A stretch of 64,000 nt of DNA from the human T2T-CHM13v2.0 reference genome, Homo sapiens. The stretch is from the NCBI RefSeq assembly GCF_009914755.1, contig NC_060927.1, one strand, 5' to 3'. A program made the position numbers and the translations under genes. The notes beneath the pieces are model-generated. The model did no database searches, was not told the DNA's origin, and saw only the letters and a list, made by a program, of their open reading frames with translations. The first letter of the stretch is position 1. Each line of letters starts with the position of its first letter. This document shows positions 27,573-41,335 of the stretch, in pieces.

Positions 27573-28490
27573 TGTAGTATTAGTTCAAGGTGAGATAGCA
27601 GACCAACAGAACAACATTTTTGAAAGCCCAGAAACAAACCTAGAAACATAAAGAACTCCCCACAAAGAAAACAAATGACAAATTGGACCACAGTAATACC
27701 AAAAAGCAAGCCATGAAGTTGAAAGTATTTATAGCAAAATTAACTGACATAGAACCAGAATTTAGCATATATAAAGAACTTGTAACAAGTGAATTTTTTT
27801 TTAAAAGACTGACAACCTAATAGAAAAATAGCAAAAGGCTTTATCAGGTATTTCAAAAAGAGGATATCTAAATGACCAATAAACAGAAAAAAGGGACACT
27901 TTATTCCATTAATCACCAGGAAAATCCAAATCAAAATCACAATGAGATATAATGACACACCTACAAGAATGGCTAAACACTGTGTACCTCACAAAAATAC
28001 ACAGATGTATATACTCAAAGATCTGTATAAGAATGTTTGTAGTCACATATAACTGCTAAGCAAAAACTAGAAACACCGTCTACCCACCAGAGAATGGGTA
28101 AATTGTGATATGTTAATACAATGGAATAATATACAGCAGTGAAAAAGAACGTCATATAAACAACACAGATGAAACTCAAGTATAAGCTAGTCCACAAGAA
28201 GTCGACACAAAAGAATTCATACTAAATGGTTTTATTTACATAAATTTCAAAACTGGCAAAGCCTATTTAAGGTGTCAGAAGTTAGAATAATGGTGTTCTT
28301 TTTTGGGAACAGGGAGGTGGAGAGACATTAGTTACAGAGAAGGGGACTTCTGAAATACTTTAATACTTTATGTCTTGACCTGAGTGATAGTTACACATAT
28401 GTTTGCTTTCTGAAAAATCATCAAGTCATATACTTCTATGTACTTTTCAGTCTCAATGTATACTTCAATAAATAAGTTTTTTAAAAATCA
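27573..28490 (+). mobile_element. L1ME-type ORF2 end and 3'UTR
   Basis: AAATCCAAATCAAAATCACAATGAGATA...; TCTTGACCTGAGTGATAGTTACAC...ATACTTCAATAAA. Confidence 0.75.
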
Positions 28491-28629
28491 AACACAAAAG
28501 AATATTTGCAATCATCCTAATGCTTTTGGTGAATTATTTGAATCAAATGTTATAGTCATTTGGTATACTCCACTAATATGAATCTTAAAAAATAAATGTG
28601 AGTTAACAAATAAATATGCTTTAGGAAAA

Positions 28630-28870
28630 AATGTATTAGTGAATTCAAAACCACGTATTCCATTCTTGCAAGATCCTATTGGCCTGCTGCAGCTCTGGGC
28701 CCAAGGCCTGATCTCTCTTGCTTAAAAGAGAAATAAGGAAGTGTTCAAGAAGTGCTTAAGATTTACCAGCAAGCTGATATTGTGTCTTGATATATAATGA
28801 AAATAGGATAGAAAAGGAAATTGCTTTCTCAAAATGTGATCTAATATCCATTACTATGTATCATCTGCAA
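28630..28870. mobile_element. MER113-like element, right part
   Basis: GCCTGCTGCAGCTCTGGGCCCAAGGCCTGATCTCTCTTGCTTAAAAG...CTTTCTCAAAATGTGAT. Confidence 0.55.
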
Positions 28871-29179
28871 TCCCTTGGCTAAGTCCAGGGACCTCCCTTA
28901 CACCATAGGACATACTGGCTTATTTATCTCCAAGTTTCTTCCCAGCTGACCATCTGTGACTTGCTAATAGAAGGCTCTTCACACTCAGTGAGAACTAAAA
29001 TAGTCCTTCACTTAGAAATGGTTTTAAAAAGGAAAATTGAGTCAAGTCCTTTCATTACAGGATTTGCTAAAATGGGTAGGCATCTTCTATATACCACCAA
29101 TGATATAATGACCACCCGTCTCCTTGTGCAACAGGCCTGACCTTGAGAAGAGAGAGCTCCATTCTAACAGGGTTCCCTG

Positions 29180-29800
29180 TCCCGCCTCACATCCAAGTTA
29201 TCAGCAAAGCCATCAGCTTTCCTTTCAAAATATATCCCAAATCCAACTACTTCTCACTATCTTCTAAGTCACAATCATCTCTCACCTTCACAATCATCTC
29301 TCACCTGGTGGCCTCCTGACTGCTCTCTCCACTTCCACCCTTGTCCTTCCATGTTTTCTCAACAGAGCAGCCAGAATGATTCGGTCAAACCTTAAGTCAG
29401 ACCTTAGCACTCCTCTGCTCAAAACTCTCCCAACTTATGCAGAGAAAAGGCCCACACATATCTTTACCATGGCCCATACCAGGCCCTCCAGGACCTGACA
29501 GCCCATGACTCCAGCTCACTCCTTATGGCCACAGGGGTCACATAGATCATTTTCAACCATTCTAAACCTGCTTCCACCTCAGGGCCTTTGCACTTGCTGT
29601 TTCTTCTGCTGGGACTCTCCACGTTAGACACCCCTGGCTCACTCTTTCATTCACCTCAAGTCTTTACTGAAAGTTCATCTTACTAATGAATCCATCCCTC
29701 ACCCTCTTATGCAAAATTGCACTTGCCCTTGACACTCCCCAGCCCTGTTCCCCGCTTAAGTTTTTTGTTAGTATTTACCACCATCTAATACTCTATATTT
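29180..29800 (+). mobile_element. L2 fragment containing a 19-bp tandem duplication at 29269-29306
   Basis: CAGAGCAGCCAGAATGAT...CACTCCTCTGCTCAAAAC...AGGGCCTTTGCACTTGCTGTT. Confidence 0.8.
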
Positions 29801-30651
29801 ATCAACCTACCTTAGAGTTTCTTGCTCCCTGCCCCCCATCTCTTCATACCAGGAGATTTTCCAATAAGAAAAGCAGACTCTGGGACTTGAAATTCAAGAG
29901 AGTTTAGAAAAGAACTTGAAAAGACACTAAAGCCCCTTCTGGCTTTACAGTGGGAACCGTGCCGGTTTGGGAATGGTCCACTTGGTAACAAAGCCCCTTT
30001 CATTCTCACTGGCCAGATAAAGCCAGGATGATAGTCAAGCTGCCGATGGGAGGCTGGTGTTTATCCTTCAAACCTTGGCATTCTGTCCAATTCTCCCAAT
30101 TCCGGAGGGCTCCCTGATTTAGTGGGGGGCGGAACGGGGTGGGGAGACTTTACTCTGTCACTCTCTTGGAGTGGAGGAGTACAGTTGTTCATTCAGCAAA
30201 TATTTATCAACTGCTGTTTATGTGCCAGACAACACACCATGTGCCAAGAACAGAAGAATCCCACACAGCCACTGCCCAAGTGAAGCTCACAGTCAGGAGA
30301 GCAGACAGGAGAAGTGGCGGTTCTCTCAGCACCCTGATTAAACCTTCAGAGCCATGGTGGATAACATCCAGCTGGGTCCTGACAGGTGTCAGGTTGCTGC
30401 CAGTCCTTTGTAGAAAATAAACTCTTCAAATTTGTAATCATTTAGTCTTTATTTTTAATTGACAGTGGCTTGAAGATTGTGCCTATGGTGTCACTTTCAC
30501 TCTGTGACATGTCCCTTAACTGAAAGAAAATGAGGTACAAGAACTTACACAAAAACCTGGGAACACCCATGGGGTGGGGATGCCATGCCCGAGGCTGTCA
30601 GGGTGCAGACTGAGAAAAAGTTGAGAGCTTCTGTTAAAAAATTATCCCCTT

Positions 30652-30955
<304 letters not shown>

Positions 30956-30989
30956 TCAGATATACCTGGTTTAAATTCACAGGGGACAA

Positions 30990-31230
30990 TCATAGTGGCA
31001 GCTATTGCTGCTGGGCACTGGTGTGTGCAGGCACTGTAACAGGTACTTGGATTAGGTTAGCTCATTTATGCCTCACTACAATAAGAGGTGTAGGTATTAT
31101 CTGAGTCCACTTTTCAGATGCAGAAATTGGCACTGAGGTTTGTGTTAAATATGGTACCAAAGTTACACGGATGGTAAGAGGTGGATTTGGAATTTAAATC
31201 CAGACTTGTCTGACCCCAAAATCTTTGAAT
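30990..31230 (-). mobile_element. MIR
   Basis: CTCATTTATGCCTCAC...TTTTCAGATGCAGAAATTGGCAC. Confidence 0.65.
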
Positions 31231-31494
31231 AAAATCCTGCTGGCATACCACTTGGCAAAACCAGTTAGAAGTCTTCAGAATCAAACTTTCCTTTGAAGAG
31301 TGACTTGATACATTTATAAAACAATATGACGCAAACAAGAACCAATTAAATGAAATAAGGTGTGTAAGGTGGGTAGCTCATGACCGTCTAACTGGTACTA
31401 AGTGCTAGATGTTTAGTAAATCATCATTACCATTTTATATAACATTTGCTCGCTATCTTTTCTCTCTCCTTTTTTTCCTTTTTAGCTTACACTA

Positions 31495-32250
31495 GCTACC
31501 ATTTATTCTTACCCATGAGCCTTCGGGTTGCCTGGGCAGTTCTGATGAACTAGACTGAGTTCAGCTGATCTTAACTGGCTACACTTACTCCTGGGTCTGC
31601 AGTCAGCTGGCAGGTTGGCTTGGGGCTGGCTGATCTAGGATGGCTTCAGTCACGTGTCTGGGGCTTGGCTAGGTTTCAACAACCAGCAAGCTAGCCAGGC
31701 CTGTTCACATGGCAGTAGTGTTTCAAGAGAGTGAGGCCTCTTGAGGTCTAGGCTCAGAATTTGCACTCTGATATGGTTTGGCTGTGTACCTACCCAAATC
31801 TCACCTGGAATTATAATAATCCCCATGTGTCAAGGGTGGGGCCAGGTGGAGATACATGAATCACAAGGGCAGTGTCCCCCATACTGTTCTTGTGGTAGTG
31901 AATAAGTCTCCTGAGAGCTGATGGTTTTATAAATGGGAGTTCTGCTGCACATGCTGTCTTGCCTGGCACCATGTAAGAAGTGACTTTGCTCTTCATTTGC
32001 CTTCTACCATGATTGTGAGGCCTCCCCAGCCATGTGGAACTGTGAGTCAATTAAACCTCTTTCCTTTATAAATTACCCAGTCTTGGGTATGTCTTTTTTT
32101 TAGCAGTGTGAAAACAGACTAATACACACTCCATCACTTCTATTTGATCCCAGGAGCCAACAGAAGTCATAAAGCCAGCCTAGATTCAGGGAGTAGGGAA
32201 ACAGACTCCTCCCTCATAATGGGCAGAGCTGAAAAACCACAATCCCAAAA
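31495..32250 (-). mobile_element. MLT1H-like LTR split by THE1C
   Basis: CTGCAGTCAGCTGGCAGGTTGGC...GGTCTAGGCTCAGAA resumes at AAGTCATAAAGCCAGCCTAGATTCA. Confidence 0.7.
31769..32126 (+). mobile_element. THE1C solo LTR
   Basis: TGATATGGTTTGGCTGTG...CAGACTAATACA; perfect 5-bp TSD CACTC. Confidence 0.92.
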
Positions 32251-33199
32251 ATGCATCACATTTACTCTCACTGAGAATCCTCCTAGCAGGCTAACAGAAA
32301 CTTCACAAGCAACAGAGCCTCCTGCATCCAAATGGATTCCCATAGTAAAGTGCAATCTGCTACCTGTTGTTTAATGCCAACAGTTCTTTAATTTAGGTTG
32401 GATAAGTTTGGTAAGTTTTTATTGTTGTTGTTGTTACTAAATAGGGACTCACAATATTCTTTCCTAGTGGAGCTTCCATTTGTTACCCTTGTATTTGGAA
32501 GTAGTCATATTCAATTATTTTGGGTCCAATAGTTGTGAATAAGTTTGGTAGTTGCTCTACCAAACAAGTTGCCCCCTCCAAGTCAAAAGTCCTTCACTAA
32601 AAGGACTCGACAGAGTTAGGTGAGCCCCATGGCTTCAGGCCCACTATGAACCTGGCCAAAATCTATACCTTTTTAAACCCCGTCTTCTGCTCCCAGCCCA
32701 TGTGAACCCTTCTTCTGGGCCCAAGCTTAGCCTTCAAGTCACCGTGGAGTTGTACATACTGCCTACATGCTGTTACATGCTGTTCCTGCTGCCTGACAGA
32801 AATGGCATACCCTCTCTTCTCCACCGGATAATCCCCCACTGATCACTTACAATCCAGCTTGTATCTCATTTTCATGCATGCCGTCATTCAAAAAATATTT
32901 ACTGGCCTGCCAGGCCCAGGGATGCATGAGGAATGAAAATGAACCTAGTCCTTCTTCCCCTCTCTCTGTGGAGCCTACTGGCACTCTTGTGTGAAACCAC
33001 TCAGCTTCTAAGTCCTTGCTTCTGCTCTGTGTGTTCCCACAAGCTTAGATATATGTGTGTGTGTATGTATCTATGTGTCTGCATATAGATATAGCTACAT
33101 GTGTATATACATTAATATCTACATACACACACATAAACACATTCTTTTACAACACAGGCTACATTGGACTCTGATGATTTGTTCGTGAATTTTTCTTTT

Positions 33200-33320
33200 C
33201 CATAAGACTGTGAGTTCTTTACATTCAGGATCACACCTCATTATTTCATTATTATATCATCCAGTTCTTTCCTTATAGTAGAAATGCAAATAAACATTTA
33301 TTGAAATGATGAATGAATGT
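33200..33320 (+). mobile_element. L2 3' end
   Basis: AGACTGTGAGTTC...AATAAACATTTATTGAAATGATGAATGAATG. Confidence 0.65.
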
Positions 33321-33564
33321 AAGAAGGAAAAAGTGCTCTTACAGAGTATTTAGCTCCATTACTTCATTAAGCAAATGAGAAAACCAAACGGGGGGCTGAG
33401 GGGGGGATTTATTATGACTATATGACCTTTACACAGAACCAATGTGGTCCCCCTACTTCAGGTCCAAAAGGGGACTTTTTTACATTTTAAACATCCTTTC
33501 TGGTTTTAAGAAACTTTATTTAGCATTTTAGAAAAACTGTAATTTGGCAAAATGTGATACATCA

Positions 33565-33800
33565 AAAGTGGTAAGAAATTGGCCTCCTGAGCCAGAAAGA
33601 TTTGTAATAAAATCCTGGCACTATTTGACCTTGGGCAAGTTGTTTTCATTCACCTCTAAGCCTCACTTCTTCTACCTATAAAATGGAGCTGCCCAACAGT
33701 ACCTGGCTCAGACATGTTGAGAAGATATAAAAAGATAACAGCACAGCAAGCACAGGGCTCAACACGAAGCACATGCTTAATATGTGCAAGCTATTGCTTT
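33565..33800 (+). mobile_element. MIR
   Basis: TGACCTTGGGCAAGTT...CCTCTAAGCCTCA...CTATAAAATGG. Confidence 0.7.
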
Positions 33801-34277
33801 TATCATGATTATTTTGCTGTTAGTTTAAATGATACCTGGTAAATGCACTACCTTAAGGTTCAGAGGTTCAAGTCTAATACTAATTATATTCAATAGGTCC
33901 CCACAATTATTGAATGTATGTGTTCATTTAATGTATCTATGTTACTATGTTAAATTGGTTACAGCAAACCTCCCTTATAGAAAAACTTGGATGACTTTTT
34001 GTCACAGATTTTAGATGTAGCATTGCTTTTTGCCACAGGATTTACCTCTAGGAGTTAAAGCATTAGCAGGGTCCTGAGCATAAGGAAATGAATGCATTCC
34101 AAAGTGCGATGGCTCTTGTTCCCTGTATGGCAGAGTGATTCAAATGCCATTACTAGACTAGTAGAACCTGCTTTTAACGGCCAGAAGATGTTCATTTCCT
34201 GAGGCTTGGTGCATATACTGAACAGTCTTTTTTTCCAGCATAAAAATAGAAATGTAAAGGTTGGAACGCTATGGTTA

Positions 34278-34326
34278 CCAGCCTGGCGACAGAGCAAGAC
34301 TCCATCTCAAAAAAAAAAAAAAAAAA
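34278..34326 (+). mobile_element. Extremely truncated Alu 3' end (AluSc-like)
   Basis: CCAGCCTGGCGACAGAGCAAGACTCCATCTC followed by A18. Confidence 0.85.
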
Positions 34327-35885
34327 GGTTTTAAACAATATTTTATGGCGTCTGAAAGAAACCCTTTTATCTTTGACATCTTCACTTTTTATTGCCTGTG
34401 CTTTTATGGGCTGTGTGCTTGAACTAGACCCAAATCCTGGGTGCCACACTCAAAATCATATGGTACATCTGTTTATCTGACCAAGGACATGGTGAGATTC
34501 TGCATATCACAGTCTTCCACCCACCTCAAAATCAACACTCACTTTTGGTGGAAGAAAAGGAAAACACTGTACTCATGCCTCCTCTGAAGAAGGGCCGTCT
34601 TGTTCCCATTCCATGGGGCCACAGGACAGGGCACAGCCAGGACCCTTGACATCATGTTTACTGCCCCCAGCTTCTTCTACGGGCCTTCACCTCCCAAAGG
34701 AATCTCCAATGCTGGTGAGGCCTTAGCATCACCATAGATATCTCCATCGTACCTGGTGTGGACCTTGAACTTGGCTGGCACTCGCTGAGCAAAAAAAATT
34801 AAAAAGATGCTCTGCCATCATTTCAAAAATCAAGCCAATGCATTTTAGTCTTTTATTTTTCCAGATTTGGGATAAATTTTTCTTTCTTGGTAACAAAGAA
34901 TTTTTGAATGAAAATATCATTTTAAATTAGGAGAAAGCCAAGGGAGACGAGTGTGTTGAAGCAAGAACTCCAGTCGTAAGAGTTCTGCTTTCTTTTGTGG
35001 AACTAAGGGAACTTTGTCTGACAGAAGCAGTATTCTCTTCCAAAAGGAATTTGTATTTATTAAAATGTTTTACCAAAAGTTAACTGAGAGCCATCAACTG
35101 TGTCTTGAGCCTGTACGTTTCAGTGATGCTGACCAGAATTGACCCAAACCAGGCCATAATGGCTGGGGTGAAATGTGAGAAACAAGAAGTTGGGGAATGC
35201 AAATGGGGCTGTTGAGAACATTCAAAGATGTGGTTGGAAATTATACTGGAAAGGTATGTTAGGGTGAAACTATGAAAGGTTTTGAATGTCCAAGAAAAAA
35301 AAAAAGTCTAGAATTAACACCCTAAACAATAAAGGGCCATTGAAGTTTTTAAGCAGATCAGTTTCTAGAGTTCAGAGCCTAGGCTGCTCCAGCTCCCTTC
35401 TCACGCTGCTCAGGGCCCTGGAGCTCACCTGTAATGAGAGAGAGCAAGCCCTGCGCCTGTTTCAGCTGCTATTCTCAACTGGCCCACGGTGTAGCCCAGT
35501 GAACACTTGTTGGATATTTTTGGGTTCTTGTTCGCAGGCCCTGTTGCTGCCCTCTGCTTTCTGTTGCACAGAAATGTAGGTCTGCTGACCCAGGTAGATC
35601 TTGTGGCTCTTGATGATTTATCCTTACTGCTTCCACTTGGGAGTTTGTAGAAACACCTAGATTTGCAGGGAGGGAGTTTGGATGTTTGTCTGGTAAATGC
35701 TGACCATTTGTTTCTGGCTTGTTTTCTTCTTTCTATCCAGCTGTTATTTTTGTATGTGGGAATTTGGAGCAATTTTTAAAGGATGCACCCATTGTCGTCT
35801 TCATAGAATCTAGAATTGGGTTGTTGTTTTTTTTCTTTTGGCGGAAATTAAGGTAACGGATGTATTCCATATCTAGTTTGATCTA

Positions 35886-36272
<387 letters not shown>

Positions 36273-36745
36273 TCAGGCCAGAGGCAACCAGAAGGGTAGC
36301 CCCTGAAAAAGAACACAGATGCCTATGAGGGATCTGGACTTTCTTTAAAGGTGCATTGGAACCGTTATCTGGATTAGTCCAGTCGGGAGCTCTTGGGTCA
36401 AAATAACTGAACCCTTGGTGATGAGTAGCAAGACTGTCTCTTCTCACCATAGTGTCTCCTCTGAATGTCCCAAAGACTCTAGGTAGGAGTTCAGACTCAG
36501 TTTTGATGACCACTTCACAAGGAGGAGGCTATGGTGTGAAGCACACTGACTTGTGAACAGTCATAAAAAATTGAGAGTTGAAAAGAAATTGCCTTAATAC
36601 TGGTCAAACTGATTTCCCCAAGATGAAAATGGCTATGTTGGTGAGACTGACCTGGAAGGTAGCCAGAGGATGGGAATGGAGGGAGGTGCTAACTTGCCTG
36701 GCATGGGAGGAAGTGTGTTCCCCCTTCATGGCAGTGCCTATCCTA

Positions 36746-37293
<548 letters not shown>

Positions 37294-38552
37294 TCACAAC
37301 CTTGACTGTGGGACAGAAGGACAACTGCACGGAGGCAAAGAGATGCAAACCACACCAGAGTGCTGCCCCTCCTGGCAAGCCACACACACAAGGGTGGGAC
37401 TGGGACGCTTCTATCTGAAGATATGGTGTGATACATGGTAATGAGTCACGTTCCAGGCAGAGTGGCAATGGCTCAGGGCACTTTTTCAGCCATGAGCCTT
37501 AGCCCAGAGCCCTTCCAGGCTGTGGCCAGGGTTGGTCCTGGAAAAATCATTAAGTTTAACAAGGAACCATTGAGTTGTTTCTAGTTCTCCCTCATTCAAG
37601 GCCCCTCGCGCCTTGTTTCAGGGATATCCCTTTCCTGTAACTTTAAGAAATCACTGATCTTATGCCTTGAGGGGATGTCAAAGTGCAGACTTTGAAACCA
37701 GGGGCTTTGGGTATGTGGGCCTAAGTTTCCTCATCTATAAAATAAGGAAGATACTTAGCTCATCAGTGCTCCAAGCATTAAATGAGATATATCTATACAT
37801 ACAGAGATCACACAACCCTGTAGAAGCAAGACATTTCCAGTTTTTGCCTATTATCCTGCTATGACACAGAGTTAGCACCTTCTTTAACTCTCAAACCACC
37901 CCAGTTTGCATGCTAAATTAATTATATGATCACCCTATATATAAAGCTCCTAACATACTCCTACAACTTGACAAAGAATAGGTCACAGGCCTTCCCCATC
38001 CGCTTCCTACCCAAATGTGCTTTCAGAACCTTCACTCACATTGAAGTGCAAATCTTTGACAATATTTAAATGTTATTCCTGCCCCAAATCTTACACTAAA
38101 GAGATATATCTTTGGTGGCAGAGTCTCGATTACCAGTTAGTGGGCTGGGAAGATCCTGGGGGAGGAGGGTGCTAGGGGCCATTACCCCTCGATACATAAG
38201 ACTGACCCCCCCAGTGGACATACTGAGCTTTGTGATTATTCCCCAGCTTTCACCATCACCCCAATCCCCACAAACTTCAGCAGAGATGCATAGACACCCT
38301 CAGAAGGTAAGGGTCCAAACCCAAATGGTGATGTCTCCCAGGCAAGTAGCTGTTCAAAGCCATCTCCCTGAACAGGGATAGCTGGTGCTTTCTACGTCCC
38401 TAGAGCATCAAGAAGACATGATGTATACCCACCTGAAATCCATAAGGGAGTGCATGTTTGGGCCTGAAGACAGCAGGTCACTAGAGGTAAGAGACACTGG
38501 AAGAAACTCACACCTTACAAAGCAAAAAATAACACATTTTTAAATATCTGCA

Positions 38553-39851
38553 GGCCACCTACAACCATCTGATCTTCAACAAACCTGACTAAAACAAGCA
38601 ATGGGGAAAGGATTCCCTATTTAATAAATGGTGCTGGGAGAACTGGCTAGCCATATGCAGAAAATTGAAACTGGTCCCCTTTCTTACACCATATGCAAAA
38701 ATCAACTCGAGATGGATGACAGACTTAATTGTAAAACCCAAAACTATAAAAACCCTAGAAGAAAATCTAGACAATATCATTCAGGACAGAGGTGCAGGCA
38801 AAGATGTCATGATGAAGACACCAAAATCAATGGCAACAAAAGCAAAAATTGACAAATGGGATCTAATTAAACTAAAGAGCTTCTGCACAGCAAAAGAAAC
38901 TATCATCAGAGTAAACAGACAATCTACAGAATGGGAGAAAATTTTTGCAGTCTATCCATCTGTCAATGGTCTAATATTCAGCATCTACAAGGAACTTAAA
39001 TTTACAAGATAAGGAAAACAAACCCCATTACAAAGTGGGCAAAGTCATGAACAGACAGTTCTCAAAAGACGACATATGTGCAGCCAATAAATATATGACA
39101 AAAAGCTCAACATCACTGAACATTAGAGAAATGCAAATCAAAACCACAATGAGATACCATCTTATGCCAGTCAGAATGGTGATTATTAAAAGTCAAAAAA
39201 CAACAGATGCTGGTGAGGTTGTAGAGAAAAAGGAACACTTCTACACTGTTGGTGGGAGTGTAAATTAGTTGAACCATTGTGGAAGACAGTGTGGCAATTC
39301 TTCAAAGACCTAAAGGCAGAAATACCATTTGACCCAGCAATCTCATTACTGGGAATATACCCAAAGGAATATAAATCATTCCATTATAAAGATATATGCA
39401 CACCTATGTTCATTGCAGCACTATTCACAATAGAAAACACATGGAATCAACTTAAATGCCATCAATGATAGACTGGATAAAGAAAATGTGGTACATATAC
39501 ACCATGGAATACTATGCAGCCATAAAAAGGAATGAGATCATGTCCTTTGCAGGGACGTGGATGGAGCTGGAGGCCATTATCCTCAGAAAACTAACACAGG
39601 AACAGAAAACCAAATACCACATGTTCTCACTTATAAGTGGGAGCTGAATGATGAGAACACGAGGACACATGGTGGGGAACACGACACATTGGGGGCTATT
39701 GGAGGGAAGGAGGGAGAACATCAGGAAGAATAGCTAATGAATGCCGGGCTTAATACTTAGGTGATTGGATGATCTGGCAGCACACCACCAAACCTGCACA
39801 TCCTGCACATGTACCCCTGAACTTAAAGTTAGAAAAAAAAAATGGCAAACA
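38553..39851 (+). mobile_element. 5'-truncated L1PA11/12-like element
   Basis: ORF2 peptides ([19 protein letters not shown]); 3'UTR CATCAGGAAGAATAGCTAATG; TSD AAATATCTGCA/AAATATGTGCA. Confidence 0.93.
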
Positions 39852-40079
39852 AAATATGTGCAAAAGCACTGTGGATGTGCAGGCAGCTGATTACATGCAG
39901 GCACTGAGGATGGGGTGGTCTCCAACTGGTCAGCAAGATGATCAGGATCAGAGGCTGAGGCGGGGAGAAGAAACATGTGGCATGTGTGGGGACTGCAGTG
40001 GAACTTCCTGACCAGGGGCAGGTGCTGTAGCCAATTTTAAAACTTCCCCACCCAGACTCTAATTTTTCCCCTTAAAATT

Positions 40080-40930
40080 GTTATAGTGTTTAAAAAAGAT
40101 GTTATTATTTTAAAAACTGGAAAACGTATGTAAATTAAAAGAAGTAAAATGCTATCTCAATCCCACCATGTAAGTAAAACCACTATTAACTTTTTGGTAT
40201 TTTTCCTATCAACATGTTTTTCTCTCCCTAGTTATCTCCGTTCCTTGCTTTTGTAAATATGTGTTACCACGTGGAAAACACAATTTTAATTATTTCTTCT
40301 GATTATAAAAGTACACATATTTATTATAGAAAAGGTGGGAAACCCTCCAAAGCCAATGTATAGAATAAAAGTCATCCACAATTCGCCAACCACAAGTAAC
40401 TGCCACTGGCATTTTGAAATGAATTCTACTAGATCGTTTAAAACTATAAGCACACCATTTTGCTGGTTGGGGATTGTGATTGTTGTGTTATAGAAACTGA
40501 GAAAATAATGTCTCTAATCTTTTGAGCCTGATTTATTCCCGTAAAAGATTATTTAAAACCTATTATCAGTGAAAATTCTTCTACGAACATGATTTATAAT
40601 GTCTGTCTATCATACCATCAATGAATGTAAAACAATTTCATCCTCAGTGGACACTGAGGTTTTTTGTATCTTTGGCTTTTGTTTGTTTATAATTTACAAT
40701 TCCTTCATGTAATATTTCTTTGCTGAATGTCCACTATGTGCCAGAAACTTATAGGTTCTGAAGCTATGAGAACCAAGATAGACAAATATGTGTTCACTTT
40801 TAACAGATTTCTCTACATACATCTTATTTCCTAGAATACATTTCTAGAAATAAAAACATTGAATAGAGGGGTCATACCAATTTAATTTACACTCTCACAA
40901 GTAGAATAGAAAAGTGCCCTTTTCTCACAC
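40080..40930 (-). mobile_element. L1ME 3'-end fragments
   Basis: TTCTGATTATAAAAGTA...ATAGAAAA...; GTGGACACTGAGGTT; AATTTACACTCTCACAAG. Confidence 0.55.
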
Positions 40931-41099
40931 AAGTAATAATTTTCTAACAGATTTTGAGCTGGGGAGATGGGCAATAATTGGTGGGAAGAAAGCCTGAAGG
41001 TGAAATTCTCAGAGGTAGGCATGCTTTACTAAAAATCTACCAGGAATAGAGAAAAAACAAAAAACAACTTCAGATTAATCATAAAATCATAAAATGGAA

Positions 41100-41335
41100 G
41101 ACATGGCAAAGCATCCAACTCCAGAGCCAGCCTGACCATGTGTTAGTCCTGGCTCTGCTGCCCACTAGGGGGCAGCTTTGGGAAAGTTATGCAGTCTTTC
41201 TGTGCTTCAGTTTCCTCACCTGTGAAATGGGAATAATAATAGCATCCACCTCAAAGGGCTGCTATGGTAGTTACATGAGTTAAACATACACAAATCCCTT
41301 AAACAGTACCTGGCATGTATTAAGTACTCATTATG
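41100..41335 (+). mobile_element. MIR, near full length
   Basis: CTCCAGAGCCAG...TCTGTGCTTCAGTTTCCTCACCTGTGAAATGGGAATAATAATAG...AACAGTACCTGGCATG. Confidence 0.85.
41162..41175 (+). promoter_or_regulatory. Candidate CTCF binding site
   Basis: CCACTAGGGGGCAG matches core consensus CCASYAGRKGGCRS at every position; binding not shown. Confidence 0.55.

Noticed and set aside
38553-38600. This L1 starts at nearly the same ORF2 position as the forward piece at 5288
   Set aside because: Different subfamilies with their own flanks, so coincidence rather than a local duplication.
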